A DNA stretch of 53,456 nt. Source: a virus. Both the position numbers and the translations under genes were made by a program. This document shows positions 34,868-42,204 of the stretch, one piece after another. The stretch is taken from the IMG/VR virus record IMGVR_UViG_3300017659_000001; one strand, 5' to 3'. A model generated the notes under the pieces. The model saw only the letters and a program-made list of their open reading frames with translations. It ran no database searches and was not told the DNA's origin. Position 1 is the stretch's first letter. Every line of letters starts with the position of its first letter.

Positions 34868-34891
34868 GGCCCCGCACTTCGGTGCGGGGCC
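34868..34891. terminator. Bidirectional hairpin (10-bp perfect stem, ttcg loop)
   Basis: ggccccgcac-ttcg-gtgcggggcc, read directly. Confidence 0.65.
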
Positions 34892-34900
34892 TCGGTACGT

Positions 34901-35086
34901 CTACGCGGCTTCGACGATCTCGGCGCGTACGGCGGCCGCCCACTCCACCACCAGGTGCTCGTACTCGGCGCGCTCCGCTGGCGTCGTCGGCCGCCCGCCA
35001 ACGCGCTGCCACAGCGAGCGGATCGCATCGTTGATCTCGCCAGCAGACCGTACGGAACCAGGAGCACGGTCGGGTGTGGGGGGCAT
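34901..35086 (-). CDS. Possible small protein (61 aa), divergent from 35188
   Basis: ORF track. No clear Shine-Dalgarno sequence. Confidence 0.4.
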   Translation of the reverse strand: MPPTPDRAPGSVRSAGEINDAIRSLWQRVGGRPTTPAERAEYEHLVVEWAAAVRAEIVEAA

Positions 35087-35093
35087 GCGTCAA

Positions 35094-35113
35094 GTCTACG
35101 GACCCCGTAGGAC
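35094..35113. promoter_or_regulatory. GTCTAC-N7-GTAGGAC motif in a divergent promoter region
   Basis: Read directly. It shares the heptamer with 36390..36417. Confidence 0.4.
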
Positions 35114-35187
35114 GAGCCATACCCCTCCGCATACGCCACCCGCCAGCAGTACCGTGGACGCACAAACACCTTCTGGCGGGGGTACAC

Positions 35188-36393
35188 ATGAACGTTTCCA
35201 TCGGCGACCGCATCCGCAGCCTGCGCGAGTTCCGCGACCTCACACAGGAAGAACTCGCAGCCCGGGCCGGAGTCCACGTCGACACCATCCGCAAGCTCGA
35301 GCAGGGCCAACGCCAGTCAGCGCGCATCAACACCCTCCGCGCCCTCGCACGCGCCCTCGATGTCCAGCTCGAGCGCCTGGTAGGACAGCCCACCGTGACG
35401 CAGCAACTCGCAGACGACGGCGGCCTGATCGCGCTCCGCGACGCCATCCAGGACATCGGCGCCCTCCCCGGCGTCCCCACCGGTGACGACCTCGAGGACC
35501 CGCCCGACGAGCAGGCGTGGACCGACAGCGTCCGCGAAGCCACCACCACGTACTGGCACGGCGACTACTCGCGGCTCTCCGGCAGCCTGCCGCTCCTGCT
35601 GCGTGACGGCCGCGCGGTCGCACGGCAGACCCCGACCGAGCGCGTGTGGCGGCAACTCGCCCTCGCCTACCAGCTTGCCGCCTGCCTCAGCACGCAGTCC
35701 GGGCACCCGGACTGGGCGTTCGCCGCTGTCGAGAAGCAGCTCGCCGCGGCCGCCCGGGCCTCGGATCCGCTGATGGAGGGCATGGGCGTGTCCACCCTGT
35801 CGTGGGTGCTACTCAGGCAGGGCCGGTGGGAGCAGGCGCAAGACGTGGCCGTGCGGAAGGCGGACTCGCTCGAGCCCAGCTTCCGTCGGTCGACGCCGGC
35901 GCAGCTCGCCGTGTACGGCAACCTGCTGGTCGCTGCGGCGACGCCGGCCGCCCGCCGGGACGAGCGTGACGAGGCCATACAGCTTTTGACCGCGGCGGAG
36001 GCGGCGGCGGTCCGCTCGGGCCCGGTGCGGTCGTACGGGACGGCGTTCAGCGTGGTCGACGTGCGTACCCAGAAGGTGAACATCGCCCTCGCGGGGAGCG
36101 ACAACCGGCCCGATGAGGCGCTGAGGTTCTCGAGCGACGTGGTCCTCGGGGACATCACCAGGCCGGTGCACTCGGCTGCGTATCGAGTGGATGTGGCGCA
36201 GGCGCAGTACCAGACGGGCGACAGTGACGGCGCGCTGGCGACGCTCCTCGAGGTCGAGCACGATCAGCCGGAGTGGATCCGTTTTCAGACGCTGGCGGCG
36301 GCGACGGTGCGGGAGATGCTGGAGACGGAGCGCCGTCGCAGTACTCCGTTGCGGTCTCTGGCTGCGCGGCTGGGTGTGGATCCGACGCTGTAG
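35188..36393 (+). CDS. XRE HTH regulator with a ~330-aa helical (TPR-like?) C-terminal domain (401 aa)
   Basis: ATG 35188 in ORF 35074..36393. HTH LTQEELAARAGVHVDTIRKLEQGQ. The remainder is Ala/Leu/Arg-rich with no catalytic motif. Confidence 0.85.
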   Translation: MNVSIGDRIRSLREFRDLTQEELAARAGVHVDTIRKLEQGQRQSARINTLRALARALDVQLERLVGQPTVTQQLADDGGLIALRDAIQDIGALPGVPTGDDLEDPPDEQAWTDSVREATTTYWHGDYSRLSGSLPLLLRDGRAVARQTPTERVWRQLALAYQLAACLSTQSGHPDWAFAAVEKQLAAAARASDPLMEGMGVSTLSWVLLRQGRWEQAQDVAVRKADSLEPSFRRSTPAQLAVYGNLLVAAATPAARRDERDEAIQLLTAAEAAAVRSGPVRSYGTAFSVVDVRTQKVNIALAGSDNRPDEALRFSSDVVLGDITRPVHSAAYRVDVAQAQYQTGDSDGALATLLEVEHDQPEWIRFQTLAAATVREMLETERRRSTPLRSLAARLGVDPTL

Positions 36394-36417
36394 GACGGGT
36401 AGGACAACGCGTCCTAC
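36390..36417. promoter_or_regulatory. GTAGGAC-gg-GTAGGAC-aacgc-GTCCTAC: direct plus inverted heptamers overlapping the stop codon of 35188..36393
   Basis: Read directly. The perfect 7-bp palindrome arms lie at 36399..36405 and 36411..36417. Confidence 0.5.
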
Positions 36418-36566
36418 GTGGGGGAGAATTGACGGTGCGACTGGTGGCTTACGTCACTGGGCTGTGACGGTCTACGCACCTAGCGTGATCGTCATGAGCG
36501 GCGTCGGCCCGTACCCCCGCCAGGAGTTGGGCCGGCGCCGCACCACCCACAGCCCGGGAGCGAGAC

Positions 36567-36914
36567 GTGAGCGCGCAGTCGGACACAGACGCCAGCACCC
36601 GCAGCGAGGCGCTCGCCATACTCACGCTGCCCGCCATCGACAGGCTGACCGAACGGCAGGTCCGCGGCATCACCTGCATCTGGGACGTGCGGCATCCCCT
36701 CCATGCGGCTATCGCTGTCGACCTCGGGGTGCGGGAGGCGTCCCGTGCGGGCGCGCCGGTCACCTGGTATCCGCGGGCGTGCCGTTCGTGCGTGCATCTC
36801 GCCGCGTACGCCACGCTCCAGACGCATGCCGTCAACCGCGAAGAGTGTCCTGGGGATGTCGAGGCGTGCGAGACGTGCCGCGCGCTGCTGCGGTTGCTGC
36901 GGGAGACCCGATGA
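36567..36914 (+). CDS. Cys-rich protein (115 aa)
   Basis: ORF track. GGGAG upstream. Third codon positions are mostly G/C in this frame. CRSC...CPGDVEACETC. Confidence 0.6.
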   Translation: MSAQSDTDASTRSEALAILTLPAIDRLTERQVRGITCIWDVRHPLHAAIAVDLGVREASRAGAPVTWYPRACRSCVHLAAYATLQTHAVNREECPGDVEACETCRALLRLLRETR

Positions 36915-37081
36915 TGTGCGTGCGCTGCGACCAGCCCATCGCCAAGGGGCAGGTCATGGTCGTGGATGTGGAGCGTCCGACGGGGGCGGGGCTGACGGTC
37001 TACGTCCACCGGATCCTGTGCAAGCCGCTGTTGGTTCAGACGTCCCCCGAGCCGAGGCCGAGGCGGATCCGGGGGAGGTGA
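36911..37081 (+). CDS. Cys-containing small protein (56 aa)
   Basis: ATG 36911 (ATGA overlap) in the frame of ORF 36191..37081. MMCVRCDQP...HRILC. Confidence 0.5.
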   Translation: MMCVRCDQPIAKGQVMVVDVERPTGAGLTVYVHRILCKPLLVQTSPEPRPRRIRGR

Positions 37082-37270
37082 GCGGCCGCCCCCTCCCCTG
37101 GGGGGTGGCTTCCGCCGCCAGCGCCCGCCCCAGGCGCCGGCGGCGGGCCTTGGCCAGAGGGCGACGGCGGGTGAGATGTTCACACTTCACACAAAGTTTC
37201 CGTGGATATATGCAGGCCGCACCCTTCCTGTTACCCACGGTTCCCGTGTTGACTGCCATTCAGTAAGCGC

Positions 37271-37507
37271 TCACCGAAGGAGGTCGGCCGGATGCACCCC
37301 GAGGACGTGGGCGATCCGCAGGAGTGTGGAGATGCGGGCGTCGCGGTCGCCGTGCTCGATGTCCTGGAAGGCGTTGCGGCTGACGCGGGCGGCGAGGAAC
37401 ACGCTTTCCTGGGTGCGGTTCTGGCGGATCCGTTCGACGCGGATGCGGTCGCCGATGGCGCGTCGGCGTTCTTGCAGCCAGGCGTCGTCATCGGGGAGGT
37501 GGGGCAC
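37271..37507 (-). CDS. XRE-family HTH protein (78 aa)
   Basis: ORF track. RTQESVFLAARVSRNAFQDIEHG. Confidence 0.8.
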   Translation of the reverse strand: MPHLPDDDAWLQERRRAIGDRIRVERIRQNRTQESVFLAARVSRNAFQDIEHGDRDARISTLLRIAHVLGVHPADLLR

Positions 37508-37647
37508 CCATCGACACTCGATGCCAGTTGATCTTTAGTCAGCCCTGTAAACCGGGCATTCTTTGATCTTGCTCAGACTCGGCGTGCGCCCAGACCCCGC
37601 TCACGTCGTCACGGCCGAGGGACTCAGTGCGACCCTCTGCCGCCCCT

Positions 37648-37674
37648 CGCCCCGGCTGCGCCCCAGCCGGGGCG
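37648..37674 (-). terminator. GC hairpin (11-bp perfect stem, 5-nt loop)
   Basis: cgccccggctg-cgccc-cagccggggcg, read directly. Confidence 0.5.
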
Positions 37675-37686
37675 GGGGGTTATAGG

Positions 37687-37715
37687 AACCCCCGGCATCT
37701 CCCTCGCCGGGGGTT
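37687..37715 (-). terminator. GC hairpin (10-bp perfect stem, 9-nt loop)
   Basis: aacccccggc-atctccctc-gccgggggtt, read directly. Confidence 0.5.
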
Positions 37716-37722
37716 CGTCGCG

Positions 37723-37739
37723 TTCCGGAATCCTTCCGC
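37723..37739. repeat. Degenerate copy (16/17) of the attP-region direct repeat
   Basis: ttccggAatccttccgc versus ttccggGatccttccgc. Confidence 0.7.
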
Positions 37740-37749
37740 TCAGGCTGCG

Positions 37750-37771
37750 GGATTCCGGGATCCTTCCGCCC
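37750..37771. repeat. 22-bp direct repeat, copy 1 (ggattccgggatccttccgccc)
   Basis: Identical to 37939..37960. Confidence 0.9.
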
Positions 37772-37790
37772 AACACCGGAAGACGTTGCA

Positions 37791-37799
37791 ACGCAACGA
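37791..37799. promoter_or_regulatory. ACGCAACGA, the reverse complement of the TCGTTGCGT 9-mer found twice upstream of the cro-like gene
   Basis: Read directly. It sits inside the palindromic context gttgcaacgcaacg. Confidence 0.4.
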
Positions 37800-37820
37800 A
37801 ACGCATTGAACGCACCTGTC

Positions 37821-37916
37821 GTGCAGGTCAGCGACCACCCAAGGCCACGACCTCGCCACCCGTCACCCCGCAAGAACATTCAATACTGACTACACAGATC
37901 ATGTTCTGACCTGCAC
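37821..37916. repeat. 10-bp inverted repeat GTGCAGGTCA...TGACCTGCAC flanking a 76-bp AT-richer segment. TCTGACCTGC also occurs directly at 37905 and 37927.
   Basis: Read directly. Confidence 0.8.
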
Positions 37917-39143
37917 TCAACGCCCCTCTGACCTGCCCGGATTCCGGGATCCTTCCGCCCCGCCAGAAAGATTCCCCGCCGCAGCCCACGCCGCATCGAG
38001 CACCGACCGCGTCTTCTCCTCCGCCTCAGCGAACAGATGGGCGTAGATCCGCAGCGTCGTCAGGATGTCCTTGTGCCCGAGCCGCTTCTGCACGACCTTC
38101 GGGTTCTCGCCGCCCGAGATGAGCACCGACGCGTAGTGGTGACGCAACTCGTGCCAGTGCCGCGCGGCCACACCGGCCTTCCGGCAGACGCCCTTGAGCG
38201 CCGCGTCCATCGTCGACTCGGACACCGACCGCCCGTCCGGCATCGTGAAGACCAGCCCGGCCCACTCGCCGCCCGCCGGAGGCGGATACTTCGCCAGATG
38301 CGCGGCCAGGAGATCGACGGCCCGCTGCGTCAACGGCAGCGTGCGACGGCCGGCGCCGGTCTTCAGCTTGTCGAGGTACTTCCCCCGGCCGGGCTCGTAC
38401 ACAAGCTGCTCGTGGACATGCAGCATCTTGCGCAGAAAATCCACCTGTCCCACCCTGAGCCCGCGCAGCTCACCCGACCGCAGGCCCGTCAGCGCGGTCA
38501 GCTCGATCATCGCCGCCCACCGCTCGTGGTACGCGTGCGCGATGAGCTCGGTCACCTCGGCGATGTCCGGCGGGTGGACGGTGGACTGTGTCTGTGCGGG
38601 CGCACGGATCCCGGCGAACGGCGAGATGGGGATGACCCGGTCGACGACAGCCAGCTTGAACACCGACCGCACGTACCGGGCCACGAGGTTGGGGGTGCCG
38701 CCACCGAGCCCGTACTTGCTCGACAGCAGCTTCTGCCAGGCGCCGGCCTCGCTCGGCTTGATCGACCGCATCTGCCGTGTGCCCCACTCGGGGATGAGGT
38801 AGCGGTTCAGGTAGCCGCGGTACTCGCGCTCGGTCCGGCCGATGACGCCCTGTGCGGGTAGCCACGTCTTCAGGGCGAACGCTTCGACGGTGACCTTTCC
38901 GGCTTCGGGGTCCAGCCAGGATCCGTCGAGCTTGGAGCCTTCCTGCTTCGTGATCTCCTTCTCGGCCTCGGCCTGCGTCCGCCACAGCGACGTGCGTTCC
39001 TTGCCGTCGGGGCCGTCGTACCGGGCCTGCCACCGCTTGCCCTGCCCGTGGACCGACGAGGCGACCTTGCCCTTGTGCTCCCCGCACTCGGGGTCGCCAG
39101 CGTTCGGCCTGGTCTTGTGCCAGCGGTCAGCTACGTAGCCCAT
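37917..39143 (-). CDS. int: Tyrosine integrase
   Basis: ORF track, 408 aa. Catalytic box HELRHHYASVLI...LGHKDILTTLRIYAHL. Confidence 0.95.
   Translation of the reverse strand: MGYVADRWHKTRPNAGDPECGEHKGKVASSVHGQGKRWQARYDGPDGKERTSLWRTQAEAEKEITKQEGSKLDGSWLDPEAGKVTVEAFALKTWLPAQGVIGRTEREYRGYLNRYLIPEWGTRQMRSIKPSEAGAWQKLLSSKYGLGGGTPNLVARYVRSVFKLAVVDRVIPISPFAGIRAPAQTQSTVHPPDIAEVTELIAHAYHERWAAMIELTALTGLRSGELRGLRVGQVDFLRKMLHVHEQLVYEPGRGKYLDKLKTGAGRRTLPLTQRAVDLLAAHLAKYPPPAGGEWAGLVFTMPDGRSVSESTMDAALKGVCRKAGVAARHWHELRHHYASVLISGGENPKVVQKRLGHKDILTTLRIYAHLFAEAEEKTRSVLDAAWAAAGNLSGGAEGSRNPGRSEGR
37939..37960. repeat. 22-bp direct repeat, copy 2, inside the 3' end of int
   Basis: Identical to 37750..37771. 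Confidence 0.9.
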
Positions 39144-39363
39144 TGAGCACCTCGTTGATCGTGTCAGCGTCGAACCCGGCGGCCGCGAGGGCGCTGGCTG
39201 CTTCCTCGCGGACCACGGGGTCGTACTTGGCGAGCGCGTTGACGACGGCGATAGGGCTGCCGCTCATGTCGGCGATGACCACAGCGACTTTCGACGTTTT
39301 CAGGTCACTCACCACGATCACGGCTCTGCAACGAGTAGACACAGGCTGTACCCCTCCCCCCAC
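39127..39363 (-). CDS. Small protein upstream of and overlapping int (start uncertain: 39363 or 39321)
   Basis: ORF track. 17-nt overlap with the int start. Confidence 0.5.
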   Translation of the reverse strand: MGGGVQPVSTRCRAVIVVSDLKTSKVAVVIADMSGSPIAVVNALAKYDPVVREEAASALAAAGFDADTINEVLNGLRS

Positions 39364-39415
39364 CGGACGTGACCGCCCCAGGGAGACACGAGACTAGAGC
39401 AGATACGCCTCGTTG

Positions 39416-39871
39416 CTAACCGTTTCTGTTCAATCCGTTTAGTTGTGCACCATCCGTCTCGGACAGGAACCCGTGACGACGCAGATCGTCCATCGCGATC
39501 TCCACGGCTTTACGGATCTCGACGGCCGTCGCGTTGTTCGTCGCACGCACCATCGCGTTGGTGAGGATCGACTGCACCTGCTCGTCCTCGATGTCGGCCC
39601 GTACGTCCTGCCAGCCGCCCGGTGGTTCCCCGCCGGCGAGTACCGAGTCGACGGCGCCAGCGGGCCAGCCGAGCGCCTGGGCGACGGCCGCGAGGGTGTA
39701 GGGCATGCGCGCCTTGGGCACCTTGCCCGCTTCAGCGTCTTGGACGCTCTTGGTCGAGACGCCCGCCTTCTTCGCGAGTTCGTCCTGAGTCAGCCCTTGC
39801 CGCTCCCTGCTTTCTCGTAGGGCCCTGCCGAGGCGGGCCCATGTATCTGGGTCTCTGTTGATGCTGCTCAC
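39416..39871 (-). CDS. CI-like repressor (XRE HTH, 151 aa)
   Basis: GTG 39871 after GAAGGGG, in ORF 39416..40003. LTQDELAKKAGVSTKSVQDAEAG. Divergent from the cro-like gene. Confidence 0.8.
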   Translation of the reverse strand: MSSINRDPDTWARLGRALRESRERQGLTQDELAKKAGVSTKSVQDAEAGKVPKARMPYTLAAVAQALGWPAGAVDSVLAGGEPPGGWQDVRADIEDEQVQSILTNAMVRATNNATAVEIRKAVEIAMDDLRRHGFLSETDGAQLNGLNRNG

Positions 39872-40006
39872 GAAGCGCCCCTTCGTGGGTCCAAGCCAGT
39901 CAACGACCGGCAACAACAGGCAACAGAGTAGAGGCGTCAACCCCCCAACAACACTCGGGAACGCGCCATCTCCGCATGTCAGACGCTCGCCACGGATTAA
40001 CACTGC

Positions 40007-40015
40007 TCGTTGCGT
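40007..40015. promoter_or_regulatory. TCGTTGCGT operator-like 9-mer, copy 1
   Basis: Read directly, 44 nt upstream of ATG 40051. Confidence 0.45.
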
Positions 40016-40029
40016 TGCATCAACTCGCT

Positions 40030-40038
40030 TCGTTGCGT
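40030..40038. promoter_or_regulatory. TCGTTGCGT operator-like 9-mer, copy 2
   Basis: Read directly, 21 nt upstream of ATG 40051 and 23 bp from copy 1. Confidence 0.45.
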
Positions 40039-40050
40039 ATCGTTACCGCC

Positions 40051-40317
40051 ATGCAAGTCGATGGACCAAGAATCCGCCGACGGCGCGAACGCAGCGGTCT
40101 AGGCCTGCGCGCATTCGCGGGAACCGTCGGCATCTCACCCAGCCACCTCTCGCGGATCGAACGCGGGCTGCGCGCCCCGCAGCCCGAGATCCTCGCCGCG
40201 ATTGCTGAGGGGCTGGCCTGCCCGATCGAGCAGCTCGAAGGAGCACACAGCGATGAGCGAGACGAGCACAGCCTCGCCGTACATGACCACGAAGGAATTC
40301 GCGGCCCACGTCCGTAA
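40051..40317 (+). CDS. Cro-like XRE HTH protein (88 aa)
   Basis: ATG 40051 in ORF 39976..40317. LGLRAFAGTVGISPSHLSRIERG. Confidence 0.7.
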   Translation: MQVDGPRIRRRRERSGLGLRAFAGTVGISPSHLSRIERGLRAPQPEILAAIAEGLACPIEQLEGAHSDERDEHSLAVHDHEGIRGPRP

Positions 40318-40471
40318 GACGCCGGCGACGGTGCGCGGATGGCGCCACCGCGGCATTGGCCCGAGGGGGACGCGGTTCGGCAAGGACGTCCTCTACCGCC
40401 GTGACGTCGTCGAGGCGTGGCTGAAGGCCCGTGAGAACGCCGACGTGATCGGTCAGCGCGCGACCGCCTGA
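40253..40471 (+). CDS. Excisionase/MerR-type HTH protein (72 aa), Xis candidate
   Basis: ATG 40253 after GAAGGAG, in ORF 40202..40471. MTTKEFAAHVRKTPATVRGWRHRG. Confidence 0.7.
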   Translation: MSETSTASPYMTTKEFAAHVRKTPATVRGWRHRGIGPRGTRFGKDVLYRRDVVEAWLKARENADVIGQRATA

Positions 40472-40555
40472 CCAACGAAAGCGGGGCCGCCCCGGACGTG
40501 CATCCGGAACAGCCCCTCGCAACCCACTGAAGCAGAAAGCAAGGAGTGGATCGCG

Positions 40556-40957
40556 TTGAACGAATCATCTCAGACCCCGGACTCGACGATGAGAGTCCTC
40601 CCTCTCCAGCAGGCCCCGCTCCCGGACGCGGCGATGCAGCGCGTCCTCGCGCAGCAGGCGAACGCCCGGACCGTGGACTACCTGATCGACAGCACGAACC
40701 TGCCGCACCCGGTGGTCATCCCGCGGGCGGAGTCGGTGCACGTGGTGGTCGCGGATGTCGACGACTTGGGTGAGTGGCTGGTCGCGTTGGGCGGTGAGAT
40801 CCATGTGAGTCCCGCGTTCGAGGGCGTCGAAGTGTGGATGCTGCATGCCCGGACGGAGGCGCGTGAGGACGGGTCGTCGACGCAGGTGTTGGTGTCGGTG
40901 CCGGTGCCGTCGGGTGAGCTGGTCATGGACTGGATTCGTGCGGCGGTGACCCGGTGA
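40556..40957 (+). CDS. Hypothetical early protein (133 aa)
   Basis: ORF track. TTG start 9 nt after AAGGAG. Confidence 0.65.
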   Translation: MNESSQTPDSTMRVLPLQQAPLPDAAMQRVLAQQANARTVDYLIDSTNLPHPVVIPRAESVHVVVADVDDLGEWLVALGGEIHVSPAFEGVEVWMLHARTEAREDGSSTQVLVSVPVPSGELVMDWIRAAVTR

Positions 40958-41316
40958 GCGCCCCGGTGTCGCGTGACCCGCTGGTGGTGAACACGCAGGA
41001 CGGTGCGTGCTGGACGCGGCGTGCGGTGACGCGCGATGGGCGTGGCTTGTACGCGCTGGCCGAGGTGGCTGCGGACGTTCCGGTGTTGGTGCTGGCGAGG
41101 CTGTCGGAGTTGGCGGAGCACGGACTGGCGTCGATGGCGGATGCGCTGCCGATGCCGGTCGGGCCGGGTCTGGTTGCCGAGGATGTGCGGCCGCAGGTGC
41201 AGAAGCTGCGGAGCCTGCTTGCTGGTCAGCGGGCGGCGGTTGAGGACCCGCATGACGGGCCGCTCGCGCACAGCTACCGCATTCCCCAGGACCTGCCCGA
41301 GATGGGCGGCGCGTGA
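40954..41316 (+). CDS. Hypothetical early protein (120 aa)
   Basis: ORF track. GTGA overlap. Confidence 0.65.
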   Translation: MSAPVSRDPLVVNTQDGACWTRRAVTRDGRGLYALAEVAADVPVLVLARLSELAEHGLASMADALPMPVGPGLVAEDVRPQVQKLRSLLAGQRAAVEDPHDGPLAHSYRIPQDLPEMGGA

Positions 41317-41588
41317 TGGCGCACACCCACAGCCTGGCCGAATGGCTGGCGTTCCTGTCTCTCGGCTTCGGCGTTCACGGCGGTTTCTCGGTGCCGTACT
41401 TCCTGTTCGTCGAGGCCTCGCTGGCGGATTTCAACCCGCGTCCGGCGCTGGCCCGCGTGGCGGAGTCCGGTCGTGTGGACCCGCTGCTCGTGGCTGTGGT
41501 GAATGCCCGGCTGTCGCTGCGTGATGCCGCTGTGTCGGTGGCCGCGCTCCTCCTGATCCTCACCGCTCCGAAGGGCCGCACCTCATGA
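41313..41588 (+). CDS. Small membrane protein
   Basis: ORF track. WLAFLSLGFGVHGGFSVPYFLFV and AAVSVAALLLILTA. Confidence 0.6.
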   Translation: MMAHTHSLAEWLAFLSLGFGVHGGFSVPYFLFVEASLADFNPRPALARVAESGRVDPLLVAVVNARLSLRDAAVSVAALLLILTAPKGRTS

Positions 41589-41956
41589 CCACTCCCGTTG
41601 ACGGCCCGTTCCCCATCAAGGTGACGGCCACCCCGTCCGGCGCCGAACTCGACCTGTCCAGCTTCCTGTTCAAGGCCGTGTTCACCGAGCTGATCACGAA
41701 GGCCGACGACGACCCCGAGGGACTCGTCGACGAGCTGAAGGACATGGCGGACCTGCTCCGCTCGGCCGTCCACCAGGGCCGCGACTCGCACGCTCGGCAC
41801 GAGTTCGACGAGCGGATGAACGGGATGCTCGCCGAGTTCGCGAACGGCGGTGTGCTCCCCGTGTACGGGGAGCAGGTCGGGCGTCTGCGTGACCGGCTCG
41901 CTGAGATCGCGGCCCCGCGCCCGGTGCCCTCGCAGCAGGACCGGAGGGCGTCGTGA
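41585..41956 (+). CDS. Hypothetical early protein (123 aa)
   Basis: ORF track. ATGA overlap. Confidence 0.7.
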   Translation: MTTPVDGPFPIKVTATPSGAELDLSSFLFKAVFTELITKADDDPEGLVDELKDMADLLRSAVHQGRDSHARHEFDERMNGMLAEFANGGVLPVYGEQVGRLRDRLAEIAAPRPVPSQQDRRAS

Positions 41957-42204
41957 AGGACTTCCAGACCCCTGCGCCGCGTATCGAGCGCGCCGATGTG
42001 CCCGTGTCTCGGCTGGCTGCGGACATGAAGGCGATCGTGGCCCGGCAGCGCGCCTGTCAGATCCTCGATGAGGCTGCTGCCCGTACGACGTCTCTGTCGG
42101 GCCGGGCCGCGTACCTGCTGGATGGCTGGCTGGTTCGGCACCCCGAGGTGCCGGTGTCGACGGACGCGGACTATCCGGGCTGGACGCCGGGCGGTGCCGC
42201 ATGA
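41953..42204 (+). CDS. Hypothetical early protein (83 aa)
   Basis: ORF track. GTGA overlap. Confidence 0.6.
   Translation: MKDFQTPAPRIERADVPVSRLAADMKAIVARQRACQILDEAAARTTSLSGRAAYLLDGWLVRHPEVPVSTDADYPGWTPGGAA

Larger units (their letters stand above)
37508..37960. other. Candidate attP region (repeat-rich, with AT-richer patches, immediately 3' of int)
   Basis: Contains the direct and inverted repeats listed separately. The core site cannot be fixed without the host attB. Confidence 0.55.

Noticed and set aside
36429-36467. A hydrophobic micro-ORF of 10-12 codons after the large regulator, as a called gene.
   Set aside because: It is too short to support from sequence alone, and the TTG start is only 2 nt from the SD-like GGGGAG. 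I keep it only as a testable idea inside the regulator finding.
37601-37879. ORFs 37601..37879 (-), 37624..37815 (-) and 37627..37809 (+) between the XRE gene and int.
   Set aside because: They are built from the direct repeats and hairpins of the attP-like region, have no RBS, and give repetitive Gly/Arg/Pro products. I treat them as non-coding.
40546-40773. Alternative 75-aa ORF starting at GTG 40546, right after AAGGAG.
   Set aside because: Its product is Gly/Arg/Pro-rich. The overlapping 40556..40957 frame has protein-like composition, G/C-dominated third positions and correct SD spacing.
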